Shown: piece after piece, positions 49,861-60,592 of the stretch | Position numbering within the stretch: position 1 is the stretch's first letter | Layout: each line of letters opens with the position of its first letter | Assembly: GCF_964204645.1 (NCBI RefSeq) | Contig: NC_134029.1 | Location: forward strand, 18,718,950-18,782,949 | DNA from: Tubulanus polymorphus | Taxonomy: Eukaryota; Animalia; Nemertea | Direction of reading: 5' to 3' | DNA: 64,000 nucleotides | The notes under the pieces: generated by a model | Databases searched by the model: none | The model's input: only the letters and a program-made list of their open reading frames with translations | What the model was told of the DNA's origin: nothing | Translations under genes and position numbers: made by a program

Positions 49861-51108
49861 CTAATACATAACACTATCTAATTGTGAATTTACAATATTT
49901 AATTGCGCGTCAGATATAATATAAATGTGCATTTTAAAATTTTTGATTCCCTTTTTCTTTGTCATGAATAATTGTATTCCATCTTTAGTGTTCTGTAGTT
50001 TTTTCCCAGAACCATGTAATAAGTTATCTTCAGTTGTTCTAAAATCTAACCATAATGCATATTTATTACCGGTATAATAATCAATTTGATTAATGTTACA
50101 ATTTTCAAATGATTTTACTTTTTCATTCATAAAATGTTTTTTAATTTCTACCCATTGATCTATCATTCTCATTCCTTGACAAAATATTTTATTCGCTATA
50201 CCTTCAATAGTTATTTCTACTTTTGTTATTTCAGGATTATAATAATTGTCAACATTTATTGCGCCATTAGTATACGTTCCAATAGTAAAAAATATTAATA
50301 TGCCTTTAATAGATCTTCTAGGAAAGTTAATATTCTCATTTATTATTTCATCATTTGCATTAATAGTTACAGTTTTAAATTTATCAATATAATCATATAA
50401 TAATGAAAACCCTTGATTGTATTGAGTTTGAATTATACTTGAAATATTTTCATCAGTTACTGTATCATATTCTAAACATATATTCGATAATTTATAACTC
50501 ATATCTTTATTAACGCTAGATAATACAATTTCATTTACAGGAGCAAATGTTATCTCAAATATAATATCTTCTTGAATTGCGTATTTATATAAAGGTGCAT
50601 TATTATTTATCAATTCAAAGTCTAATGGAATTTTATATTTGCTTCCATATATACTTTTTATCAATTTATCTACATCATTTGTTAATATTGCGCTATTAGC
50701 TTCTGATCTTAATTTATTTTGGTTTTCTGATTGGATGCCTTGAAATATCATATTATTTCTATTTTCTTTAGTTAACCATAAATCTTTATAATGCATAAAT
50801 AAATTATAATCATCTAATGAGAAAACTGTTTCTGGACCAATCTTTATTGTTAACTTTTTAATCAAATATCTCCCAACATTATCAACGACATAATTATTAT
50901 TATTACCGATTACTTTTATATCAGCTGATAAATAAATACTATTTGGAACATAAAAAGTATTTTGTGTTAATCTAGGAATTCTAACGTATAAAGTTTCATC
51001 GGGATTAATATTTGAAGGGTTATGAGTAATTATATGATGTGATCTTTCTGCTTTAATAGCGTTAGATATTCTAGAAATCTTCGAAGGACTTATATAAATC
51101 CCACTCAT
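49861..51108 (-). CDS. Major capsid protein, predicted double jelly-roll (415 aa)
   Basis: Size, beta-rich pattern and motifs HNPSNINPDETLYVRIP, NVGRYLIKKLTIKIG, YKIPLDF, YKLSNICLEYD, ALWLDFRT..LHGSG recalled from invertebrate Polinton MCPs. Confidence 0.75.
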   Translation of the reverse strand: MSGIYISPSKISRISNAIKAERSHHIITHNPSNINPDETLYVRIPRLTQNTFYVPNSIYLSADIKVIGNNNNYVVDNVGRYLIKKLTIKIGPETVFSLDDYNLFMHYKDLWLTKENRNNMIFQGIQSENQNKLRSEANSAILTNDVDKLIKSIYGSKYKIPLDFELINNNAPLYKYAIQEDIIFEITFAPVNEIVLSSVNKDMSYKLSNICLEYDTVTDENISSIIQTQYNQGFSLLYDYIDKFKTVTINANDEIINENINFPRRSIKGILIFFTIGTYTNGAINVDNYYNPEITKVEITIEGIANKIFCQGMRMIDQWVEIKKHFMNEKVKSFENCNINQIDYYTGNKYALWLDFRTTEDNLLHGSGKKLQNTKDGIQLFMTKKKGIKNFKMHIYIISDAQLNIVNSQLDSVMY

Positions 51109-51129
51109 TTATTTAACAAAAAAAATTAA

Positions 51130-52587
51130 TTATTTATTTTTTATCATGTTTACTAAACCAAAAATAATAGCACTTACAACCGTAATTAAAAATAAAATAA
51201 TATGTTCAGCAGCAAAGTTAATAATGTTTCCTGCAGATTTCAATATAAAACCAACAATTGAAGCAATAACTCCTGGCAATGCTGCAGCAGATTTTTTAGA
51301 TAGTTCCCATAAATATTTTGCTAATTTCTTTAAACCATCTTTAACTTTATCTTGTATAGAATTATTGCCTGGAGGTTTATCTGGTTTATTTGGAGTGGGA
51401 GTAGGAGTAGATTTCAAAGCATTTGATATAGCTAAACCTATTGTTGTAAATACCATAGTTACAGCTGTTAGAATTGAAAGAATTGTTATTCCTTCAAACT
51501 TAAATAATAATTTTATTCTATCTTTTAGTGATATGTCAGAATTTGGTTTTAGTATTAACTCTTTAACAACAACTTTTAATCTATTAATACAATAATCATA
51601 TGATTTTAATAATAATTTCATTTTTTCTTTCTGAAATTCTATGTTATATTTTAAATCATCAATTTCTTTTTCTAAATATGCATTTCTTTTTTTAAATTCA
51701 ATTTCTTCAATAACTTTAAATTCTCTATCTAATTTTAATTGTTCTAATTCTTTTCTGGTGTCAAATAATTTATTTTCTAAAGGTTTAATTTTATTATATC
51801 TAATATGTTTTTCGCGAGCAATTTTATCGGCTTCATTTCGTATACCTATTATTTCTCTAATTGTTTTTTTAGAAAACATACTTAAAGCTTCTATTTCTTG
51901 ATCTGTTGCATCAAGTAATCCATTCGGTAAAAGTTTTTCAGTTTGAACTTCAGTGTTTGATTTAAGTTTACTAGTTTTGGAAGTTATATTCTGTTCAGAA
52001 GTTGTTTCTATTTCCGATTTCTTTTTGATTATTTTAAATAAGTCATTAATTCTTTGTTTAAATACTATTATATAATTATTTATTTCTTCTTGTGTTACAT
52101 CAGTTATAACATCATTATTGATTTTCTTAATTCTATATGGTTCTAACTTAAGCAAAGTTGATTTCGCTAATATTTTAGTTAGTATTGTCGTTTGATTAGT
52201 GATATCAATATAATAATCAAAGGACAAATGATAATAATATTCACCATCTAAAAACTTTAAATCTTGTGCTAAAAGTCCGGCGCCTTCGGCATTTATATTA
52301 TATTCAGATTTTTCAAAATCATATTGAATCTTACTTAAAAATCTAATATTTTCTAAATTTTTTATTTCTAAATCTGGGTCTAAATTTTCAGGATTTATTC
52401 TCGATCTAGTTCTTCTATCAAATTCATCTGTTGATGGGACTTTATAACCTCTATCTGCTAAATTAGAATTATATGCTGATTCATTATTATCATTAAAACT
52501 TGTTTCACTTAAATCAGGTGGTTGTTCTTCAGTTATGCTGGGTTTATCAAAAGTATCCATTCCAATATTTTCTACACCTTCTGCCAT
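51130..52587 (-). CDS. Coiled-coil protein with several C-terminal hydrophobic helices (485 aa)
   Basis: Heptad region ~aa 250-345; hydrophobic segments ITILSILTAVTMVFTTIGLAI, AAALPGVIASIVGFIL, IILFLITVVSAIIFGLV. Confidence 0.8.
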   Translation of the reverse strand: MAEGVENIGMDTFDKPSITEEQPPDLSETSFNDNNESAYNSNLADRGYKVPSTDEFDRRTRSRINPENLDPDLEIKNLENIRFLSKIQYDFEKSEYNINAEGAGLLAQDLKFLDGEYYYHLSFDYYIDITNQTTILTKILAKSTLLKLEPYRIKKINNDVITDVTQEEINNYIIVFKQRINDLFKIIKKKSEIETTSEQNITSKTSKLKSNTEVQTEKLLPNGLLDATDQEIEALSMFSKKTIREIIGIRNEADKIAREKHIRYNKIKPLENKLFDTRKELEQLKLDREFKVIEEIEFKKRNAYLEKEIDDLKYNIEFQKEKMKLLLKSYDYCINRLKVVVKELILKPNSDISLKDRIKLLFKFEGITILSILTAVTMVFTTIGLAISNALKSTPTPTPNKPDKPPGNNSIQDKVKDGLKKLAKYLWELSKKSAAALPGVIASIVGFILKSAGNIINFAAEHIILFLITVVSAIIFGLVNMIKNK

Positions 52588-52603
52588 TTACATAATAAAA
52601 AAA

Positions 52604-53905
52604 TTAAAATTTAAAATATAATATTCCTCCGATTACAATTCCTATACAAGTTATAGCTAATTTAGTATTTTCATGGGATTTATTATCATCATTTAGTTTA
52701 ATTATATCATGTTGAATTTTATCAGTTTTAATATTTTCTGATGTATTGTAATCTTTTATTTTAGAATCATTAACCAATTTAATATTATTAGTTTTAGTTT
52801 CTGTTGATTGAATATGTTTTTTATTTTTTTCACCTTCCATTAATTTTGGAGCAGTAATAATCTTTTTATTTATATCATTTAATCCAAATGAATTATTTAT
52901 TGTTGCAGTTTTAATTAGATTATTATAACCAATTATATTTCCCATCTTTAATACTAAATCATTAGAAATAATTAATAGATTAGGGCCTATACAATAATTA
53001 AGTCTTACATGAGATTTATCTAAATAATTTTGATATCTAATAATGTTTTCTGGAATCGATCTATTTTTATCATTATGAATTGAATCTTCAAATAAAACTT
53101 TAAATTGTTTTTGTGTATCGAATGATGTATTCAAATTTCCAATTATCGGTGATCTTGTTTCAACTTGTGATCCTAAAATACATATCAAATAAGTTCTAAT
53201 AGATTGATTTATTCTTTGTATTCCAGCTTTAGTAAAACCTTCACTATTTTCTAAAATGAAATTAACCCAACCATTATTATTATCAATTTTATAATTATGA
53301 TAAGCTCCAATTCTATGCATATAATCAATTCTTTTTATTTCATACTGTTCACCAACACCTTGCAATTTACCATGCGCTCTAAAATCGGAATTAATATTTA
53401 TATTAAATTCATTACATATTTTATAAAACTTGGATATATTAATATTATTATCTAATTCTTTAAAATATTTAGACCCGGGTAAAGGACATTCTAATTCATT
53501 TAATATTATTCTGATTTGAAAATATGTGTGAAATCTAAATATTGTGTGAATTAATTTTAAATCAGAATACTTCAAATTTTTATCTAAGTTATTTAAATGA
53601 TCATTCCAACTTATTCCACATCCTGTTGTTGCACAATAAATAGCAAAATCTAATTGGTTCTGCCAATACTTCATATTAGATTTTACTTTATATTTATGAT
53701 ATTCATCTCGAGTAAAAGTAACTTCATATGTATTAAATATATTTTCCATTTTAGAAATAAAAAACTGTGATTCATTAACATAAATTTCTAAATTAGTTAA
53801 TGAATTTAAAACTATATTTTTATATGTAATATTTTTCTTAAAATCTATTGCCGGAATATTATATTTAATTGATTTATTATATTGGAAAGCTTTTGGAAAC
53901 CCCAT
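52604..53905 (-). CDS. Polinton protein of unknown function with C-terminal TM anchor (433 aa)
   Basis: WQNQLDFAIYCATTGCG, FRFHTYFQIR; terminal LAITCIGIVIGGILYF. Confidence 0.8.
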   Translation of the reverse strand: MGFPKAFQYNKSIKYNIPAIDFKKNITYKNIVLNSLTNLEIYVNESQFFISKMENIFNTYEVTFTRDEYHKYKVKSNMKYWQNQLDFAIYCATTGCGISWNDHLNNLDKNLKYSDLKLIHTIFRFHTYFQIRIILNELECPLPGSKYFKELDNNINISKFYKICNEFNININSDFRAHGKLQGVGEQYEIKRIDYMHRIGAYHNYKIDNNNGWVNFILENSEGFTKAGIQRINQSIRTYLICILGSQVETRSPIIGNLNTSFDTQKQFKVLFEDSIHNDKNRSIPENIIRYQNYLDKSHVRLNYCIGPNLLIISNDLVLKMGNIIGYNNLIKTATINNSFGLNDINKKIITAPKLMEGEKNKKHIQSTETKTNNIKLVNDSKIKDYNTSENIKTDKIQHDIIKLNDDNKSHENTKLAITCIGIVIGGILYFKF

Positions 53906-53921
53906 TTATATAATTAAAAAA

Positions 53922-54356
53922 TTAATAATTAACTAATTCTTTTAATAATTTATCTTGTTCTTCAACTGTTATATGACCATTTAAACTTATTATATAATCT
54001 AGTGTGTTCTTTAATTTATTTATTTCTTTTATATTAGATTTTATTTTTTCTTTATTACTTTTTATATTTAATTTTGAACTTATACCAGTTAAAACACTTG
54101 AACTTAATCCTAACACACCAATTGATATAGCTAAAGGTGTTAATGGACTGAATATTGCTAGAAATGTTATTACAGAACTAATTGTAACCGAACCACTTAT
54201 AATCAAATAATATATAATTTTACTTTTTAAATATTTTTTCTTTTTTATCTTTAAGTCACTTTCAAATTCTAATATTTGTTTTTCTAAATATGTTTTTAAT
54301 TTAGTTTTATTTATATCATGAGGAATAATATCAATACTATCAACTTTATCTTCCAT
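53922..54356 (-). CDS. Two-TM small protein (144 aa)
   Basis: Hydrophobic hairpin ~aa 48-95 flanked by charged helices. Confidence 0.75.
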   Translation of the reverse strand: MEDKVDSIDIIPHDINKTKLKTYLEKQILEFESDLKIKKKKYLKSKIIYYLIISGSVTISSVITFLAIFSPLTPLAISIGVLGLSSSVLTGISSKLNIKSNKEKIKSNIKEINKLKNTLDYIISLNGHITVEEQDKLLKELVNY

Positions 54357-54375
54357 TTATTTAGAATAAAAATTA

Positions 54376-54798
54376 CTAATTAGTAAATTTATAAGCAACA
54401 AATATAACAATAACAGTTCCACCTAAAATCCATATTATTTCATATTTCTGTTGTTCTTTACTTGGGGTATAATAATCTGATAATTTAGGTTTGTATAGAT
54501 GTAATTTTTCTTTATTGGTTACCGCGTTATATAAACTCATAGCATCATCAACTGATTGAAAATCTCTATGTGAAATCTTCTGATCATATAATTCTTTATT
54601 GATGTAATCCATATAGTTTTGTCTCTTTTCTCTATATTCTTCTGCAGCTTTATTGTATTTCTCTAACGCTAAGTTATGTCTTCTTTGTTCTCCTAATGAA
54701 CTATTTTTATCAATATGTTTAAATAAATAACCGCCACCAGTAAATGCTAAAGCGTTAACAATTGCTGATCCTATAATAGTTATAATTGCAGAAGCCAT
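54376..54798 (-). CDS. Membrane protein with N- and C-terminal hydrophobic helices (140 aa)
   Basis: MASAIITIIGSAIVNALAFTGGGYLF; IIWILGGTVIVIFVAY. Confidence 0.78.
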   Translation of the reverse strand: MASAIITIIGSAIVNALAFTGGGYLFKHIDKNSSLGEQRRHNLALEKYNKAAEEYREKRQNYMDYINKELYDQKISHRDFQSVDDAMSLYNAVTNKEKLHLYKPKLSDYYTPSKEQQKYEIIWILGGTVIVIFVAYKFTN

Positions 54799-54823
54799 TT
54801 ATTTAGCAAAAAAAATTATGCAT

Positions 54824-55045
54824 TTATATGGGAGGAATATATTTTTGTTTTTCCAAATAATCAATAGTTAAATTAGATAAAGTAACTGCTAATGTTAACT
54901 TTAAAATATCATTGATATCAAATCTATCAACATTAACACTTCCCATTTTGAATACTTTTTTTAATACCATTGAATAACCAACAGTTCCAACTGATAGTAA
55001 TGCGCCATTATATAATCCAGTTATTATCCACTTATTATCACTCAT
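54824..55045 (-). CDS. Small hydrophobic protein (73 aa)
   Basis: T7-N6-TAAATG start and tight packing with neighbours. Confidence 0.65.
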   Translation of the reverse strand: MSDNKWIITGLYNGALLSVGTVGYSMVLKKVFKMGSVNVDRFDINDILKLTLAVTLSNLTIDYLEKQKYIPPI

Positions 55046-55393
55046 TTATTTATCAAAAAAATTACTATATTCAAAATATTTAGTTATCTTAGTGATTATT
55101 AATTCAACATTTATTTTATTACTAGTTTTATGATTATCATATATTTTGGATAATATGTTTTTAATATCATCGATGATAAAATCTTCATCTAATTCATAAA
55201 ATCTTAAAGATTCGGTAATCTTTTCTATATTAAAAGTTTCTTTATCAATTGTTGTTTCATACTCAAATGTTGTTTCATTAGAAAATGCAATATTTTTGAT
55301 ATGTGTTATTACATCATAAATGTTAAATTTCATTTCTTTCTCACGTTTAAAATCAAACCCAAAACATATACTCGGTCCAACAGTTATATTCAT
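55046..55393 (-). CDS. Hypothetical protein (115 aa)
   Basis: TAAATG start; its TAA stop abuts the next ATG. Confidence 0.65.
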   Translation of the reverse strand: MNITVGPSICFGFDFKREKEMKFNIYDVITHIKNIAFSNETTFEYETTIDKETFNIEKITESLRFYELDEDFIIDDIKNILSKIYDNHKTSNKINVELIITKITKYFEYSNFFDK

Positions 55394-55409
55394 TTATATA
55401 GGTGAAAAA

Positions 55410-56168
55410 TTACTCTTTACATCTTATAACTAATTCATAAATTACAGGAAAGTTATTCAAATCAATTAAGTATCCATTATGATTTCTTATTTCTAATTTA
55501 AAATTATTAAATTGAGGAATACAAGGTTTGAAATCACATTCAGCTAAATTATAATTTATTTGCGTTCCAAATTGTTTAACATTTTTTAATGGTAAAATAT
55601 TTAATATACTAGAATTACATGTTGTATCTTTAGTTGCTTCGAATGTTTTTGTTGGGTCAATTAAATTGCAATAAATATAAAAATGTGTAAAAGGTATTAT
55701 ATTTGAATTACCGTCTACGTTTCCTGTAACAGTTTGTGGTTTAATTCCTAACAGTTTAGCTAAAGGTTTCCTTACCATAAATGCATGTTTGTTTTCATCA
55801 TCTAACTTTATTTTAATTTTATTAGAACTATCACTTTTTATAAATCTAATTGAAAATTTATCTTCACTTTTAAGTTTTAATCGTGCTCTCCGATTAATTT
55901 CTTGTGCTAATGTATCTAAATTATATAATCCTGGTTTTAAAATTAGTTGAAACCATTTATTTATATTTCTAATATGAATTAAAAAGTCTCTATGATCAAA
56001 ACTTTTATCCGATATATTATGAAAAGAATTACATAAACTTATATTTACTAATTTTAAATCAACACAATTCTTGAATTCTCTATCTAATTGTACTAATAAA
56101 TTATGTGATTTATAATTTGTAAGTTTTCTAGAATCAACAAATATTCTGTATTCTTTTAATTCTACCAT
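55410..56168 (-). CDS. Minor capsid (penton) protein, single jelly-roll
   Basis: IFVDS, LKPGLYN, FYIYCNLID, ILNILPL, FKLEIRNHNGYLIDLNNFPVIYELVIR. Confidence 0.8.
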   Translation of the reverse strand: MVELKEYRIFVDSRKLTNYKSHNLLVQLDREFKNCVDLKLVNISLCNSFHNISDKSFDHRDFLIHIRNINKWFQLILKPGLYNLDTLAQEINRRARLKLKSEDKFSIRFIKSDSSNKIKIKLDDENKHAFMVRKPLAKLLGIKPQTVTGNVDGNSNIIPFTHFYIYCNLIDPTKTFEATKDTTCNSSILNILPLKNVKQFGTQINYNLAECDFKPCIPQFNNFKLEIRNHNGYLIDLNNFPVIYELVIRCKE

Positions 56169-56185
56169 TTATTTTACATATTTTC

Positions 56186-56527
56186 TTATTCGAAATCTAT
56201 TTCATGGTGCCCTTTTTCATTCTTACCTTTGTATACGAAATAGAAATCTCCAGAACATAATTCTTCTAGATCTTCACTTGATAATCTATGAAATCTATCT
56301 GGTAAATAAGTTCTGAATTTATATGTATTTCCTTTTAATCCTTCATATTCTAAATGAATTACTAATTTATCTCCATATTTATTAGTAATTGTTTCAATGT
56401 TAGTAATTAAATATTTCTTGTGAATTGTTAATTCTGTTAACTTTTTAAATTTATAATCTACAGATTTGACGCTTGAAGTATCTTTAATTCTATCTAAGAA
56501 TTCATTGTGTACTTGTTTACTCTCCAT
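56186..56527 (-). CDS. Small protein next to pPolB, possible OB-fold ssDNA-binding protein (113 aa)
   Basis: FKKLTEL..KY.I..TNKYG..L..YLPDRF pattern; function is inference. Confidence 0.5.
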   Translation of the reverse strand: MESKQVHNEFLDRIKDTSSVKSVDYKFKKLTELTIHKKYLITNIETITNKYGDKLVIHLEYEGLKGNTYKFRTYLPDRFHRLSSEDLEELCSGDFYFVYKGKNEKGHHEIDFE

Positions 56528-56555
56528 TTATTATACAAATTTTTATTGAAATTGA

Positions 56556-59500
56556 TTAACACGTTAGAATCCTTTTCATGATTTCATTTTCTTTTGTTTC
56601 TTCTCTTTTGAATTTTATATATTCATCTAAATTGCAACCATAGGCGACTGTGTGGATTCCATCATCTAAAATATATCTTTTATCATCAAATGGGTTTAGA
56701 CTTATCTTTTCAATTTCTTCAATATACATTTCATGATCTTCAGATCTTAAACATTTCATTTTATGTTTTCTAACTTCTTCATTAAATATACAATTGATGT
56801 AATCTTTGAAATGAATATTCTTTTCTACTACACTTTTAGTAATTCCTTTTAACTTTTTAGCTTCATGTTCTTTAGTTTTATATGAATACATTTTAGATCT
56901 AATACCAATAAACTCTATCATTTCTTCACCACCTAATTCATCCTTAAACTTCCCTGGAACTTTTTTATTATCATTGCTAAACAATTCATGATTTTTTGGA
57001 TAATTACTAAAATCAAAATGGTGTTTTAATGTTTTTAAATCATCTGTTATGTTATCAGTTTTTATCTTTAATATATAACTGTCAGTATCAAAGTATAGAA
57101 TTTCTATGTGTTTTTCTCCAAAATGGGGTTGTAATATGTTATAATAAAATTGATACATTAATAACTTTGAAATTTCTAGAACTGATGCACCAACATAAAT
57201 AGGTTTATTGAACTTCATAGAAGTTCTTTTCATTTTAACTGCTGCTAAATTTTCATCAAATATTCTGTTACCTATAAACTTAGGATATGATTGTAAATGC
57301 CTAATTCTTTTACCATTACTAACTAACTCAATATCATTTCTATTTCTAATATTTTCACAAGTCTTACCATAGAATGCATTATTCATTAGTTTGAAGAAAT
57401 CTTTTTCAAAATCAGTTTTAGATTTAGTTCTCTGTGTAGTATTAAAATCTATATATTTTTCTAACCATTTAGATTGACTGAATGAAATATATCTATGTAC
57501 TTTTTTTAGAATCATTCCTTGATTCAAATAAAACTTCAACATTCTATAATGCACAACGTAATTATATTTATCTTCTTGAGTTACCATTAACTTTTCAGTA
57601 TGAATATGATTATCGGGTTTAATTCTTTTTTGATAATTTGATAATTCTTCATGTTTAACAGTTTTATGTTCGGGACAATATGCTAGATTTCTAGATTTGA
57701 ATTTAATATTTTCAGGGTATTCTAAATCTACAACAAAGAAGTAACCAGTATCTGAATCATCTGCAATATCTAGAATTCTTTTCTTCCAATCAAATTTATC
57801 ATTATTTTCATTCTGTAAAACTTCAGTTATTTCAAACATCCCATAAGGTTGTGGTTCCATCATTGCCCAACCATAAAGATTATTTGCATCTATGTATAAT
57901 AATTTATATCCAGGATTATCATTTACATTGAAATATCTATCACCCAATACACCTGAAACACCTCCTCTTATAGATTTTTCAAATAATAGTAATTGATCTA
58001 TATTTGTTAACAAATCCATTTTTATATCTGTAAATTTTAATCCACAATCCCATGTTAATCCTGGTGATGAATAACAATGACAAGGATCAATGTTAAAATA
58101 TTTTAGGTTTACATCTCTAAACCTTTCGAATATATCGGTTAATAATAATACATCTGATTTTAAATATAAATCTACTAATTGACCATGATTTTCTATTTTG
58201 AAATGATTCCAAATATTCAATGTTCTATTATAAACTTCATCTTTAACATATTCATTTTTTAATTCATCATAGAATTGTTCTTTTAATAATTCAGTTATAT
58301 TAAAATCATTATGATTTTTATAGAAAGAATATGGAATCGCTCCTTTATATCTCATTAATTTAAAATCATCATAATTTGGGTAATATTCTTTTAATATCTT
58401 TAATTCATCATCAACTAATGATTTTGATAGATTATCTAATGAACTTGCTAGAAATCTATAAGAATCTATAAATCTTAGACAACCAAATTGGAATGATATA
58501 TAATTCTCAGATGTTTTAGCTAACATTCTAAATTTATAAGTTGGTATTTTATCTTTTGATTTATTTGAATTTAATATTTCTATTTCATTATTAATTTCTT
58601 CTATTTTATGACATAACTGTTTGATAAATAAATGCGCGTCATATCCTGATAGATTATGAAATATAATGGGGACAAAATTTACTTTTTTGGCTTGCAAATT
58701 ACAATTCTCATGTGCAGCGCCTCTAAACTTTCCATTCAAATGATCATGGTCTCTTACTTTTTTATCTTTATAATTAAATATCTTTTCACAATAATAACAT
58801 TTATCTGCAAACTCAAATTCTTCTTTATCTTCTTCTGTCATTATAATTTCTTTATTTGTATTCAATAATTTACTAAATCTTATTTCATATTCAATTAATA
58901 AGTCACAAAAATAATAACATTTTCATTTCTATACTGATAATATTCACTTTCAATTAGTTCTGGATAATCAGATTTAATATATAACCCGAAAGCAGCAGCT
59001 GATTGATGAATCTTTTTAATAGTATTTGTTTTTGGTGGGTCTTCTGAATAATCACTTTCATTAGAATTTAATTTCTTTCTTTTATAATATATATCTTTTC
59101 TATCTTTATCTGTTAATTCTTTATTTAATGATTCAAAATCTCCATATATTACAAATGGTACTTTATTTTTGTAATCATATTTTTTGAATTCTAATATTTT
59201 ATCCTTTTCATTTGGTAAAACTAATTTACAATAATCATGATTATCACATAGTTGTTTATGATTTAATAATGTACTTTCATTACTAAATCTATGTAAACAT
59301 TTTCTACATAGATATATTTTATTATGGTGATCACTTTCTGTTCTAAAAAATAAATCTATTTGTTTAATCCACATATAATGATTCTCATAATATAATATAT
59401 CTATAACATCGTTTGAATCATAATCTTTTGATAGGTATAAAGGTTCTAATGTATAATGTTTAATATTATTTCCTTTTGTATTTGGTAATTTAATTAAATC

Positions 59501-60592
59501 AAATACATTTATTTTAAGATTATTATCTCTTTCTATTTTGGGGATGTTTTTAATTCTAACAGGATACTTATCTATCTTATAATTATTTTCAAATGGTTTA
59601 TAATGAGTTAATCTAAAACTATGTGTAATATCTTCTGTTGGATGTAAACAACTTATTATAGCCCATAGAAAACATTTATCATCTTCATTTTGTATATTTA
59701 TTACAGCATTAGTTTTAAATGGTAGTTTAATATAACTTGTTCCATTTATACTATCATCTTTATAATATGATAAATTATTTTCATCAATTGGTTTTGATTT
59801 AGTTAACTTATTATATTTTGTGTTATAAACATGTAAAGTCATAAATATTATCTCATCAAATATTAAACCAGATCCTTCAAAATATTTTTCTTCTATTTTA
59901 GTTTTTATTTCATTATAACATTTTTCTAATTTATCATCTAAATGTTGTTTAGATATAATATGTTGTGAATGAGAATTTATATTATATATTGGTTTATCTT
60001 CAGATTTTATAAACTTTACTTTAGAAGATATACTAATTTTAGGATATTCAACATCTGTAATTATTTTTATTATTTCTTTCATATTTTCTAAATGTTTTTT
60101 ATTTTCTTCTAATGTTTTACCTTTATGAAATTTAAACTCGATAGCTGCTGGACCAATATCACTTTTAAATGCTTCGGTTATCTCTATATCTTTTTTATTA
60201 TCTAATGAATTAATATAATTTCTTACATCTTCCATGTATGGTCTTTTATTGTTTAATTTATTTTTTATTCTTTTAATTGTCTTCTGTTTCTTATCGTTAT
60301 CATTATCAAAATAATCTTCACCTAAAATATCATTATTCTTATTTCTAATATGACTTATAGATTTTAAATGTTCTTTATAATATCTTTTATCACTGAATGA
60401 TTGATTACATGTATCACATTTGTATGTTTCTTTTTCATTCTTTAATTCTTCTAATTTAGTTTCTAATATATCATCTTTATATTCTAATTTCAATTTATTC
60501 TCTAAATGTGTTATAGTTTTATTGTGTCTTGCTTTTTGGGATTTATCTATACTTATCTTACATGTTGGGCAGTAGTATTTATTTGCTTCCAT
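56556..60592 (-). CDS. Protein-primed family B DNA polymerase, one 1-nt frameshift at ~58907-58911 (~1345 aa if repaired)
   Basis: Zinc fingers; INIQNEDDKCFLWAI..ENHYMWI (vOTU-like); ExoI YGDFES; EndoVII-like VRDHDHLNGKFRGAAHENCN; ExoII FHNLSGYD; YLKSDV; YIDANNLYGWAM; KLMNNAFYGK; YFDTDS. Confidence 0.95.

Noticed and set aside
51146-51901. Plus-strand ORFs of 149 and 86 aa inside the Polinton
   Set aside because: Antisense to the 485-aa gene; lack the TAAATG start used by real element genes
58900-58920. Programmed -1 frameshift in pPolB
   Set aside because: No canonical X XXY YYZ heptamer or obvious downstream structure; a single indel is simpler
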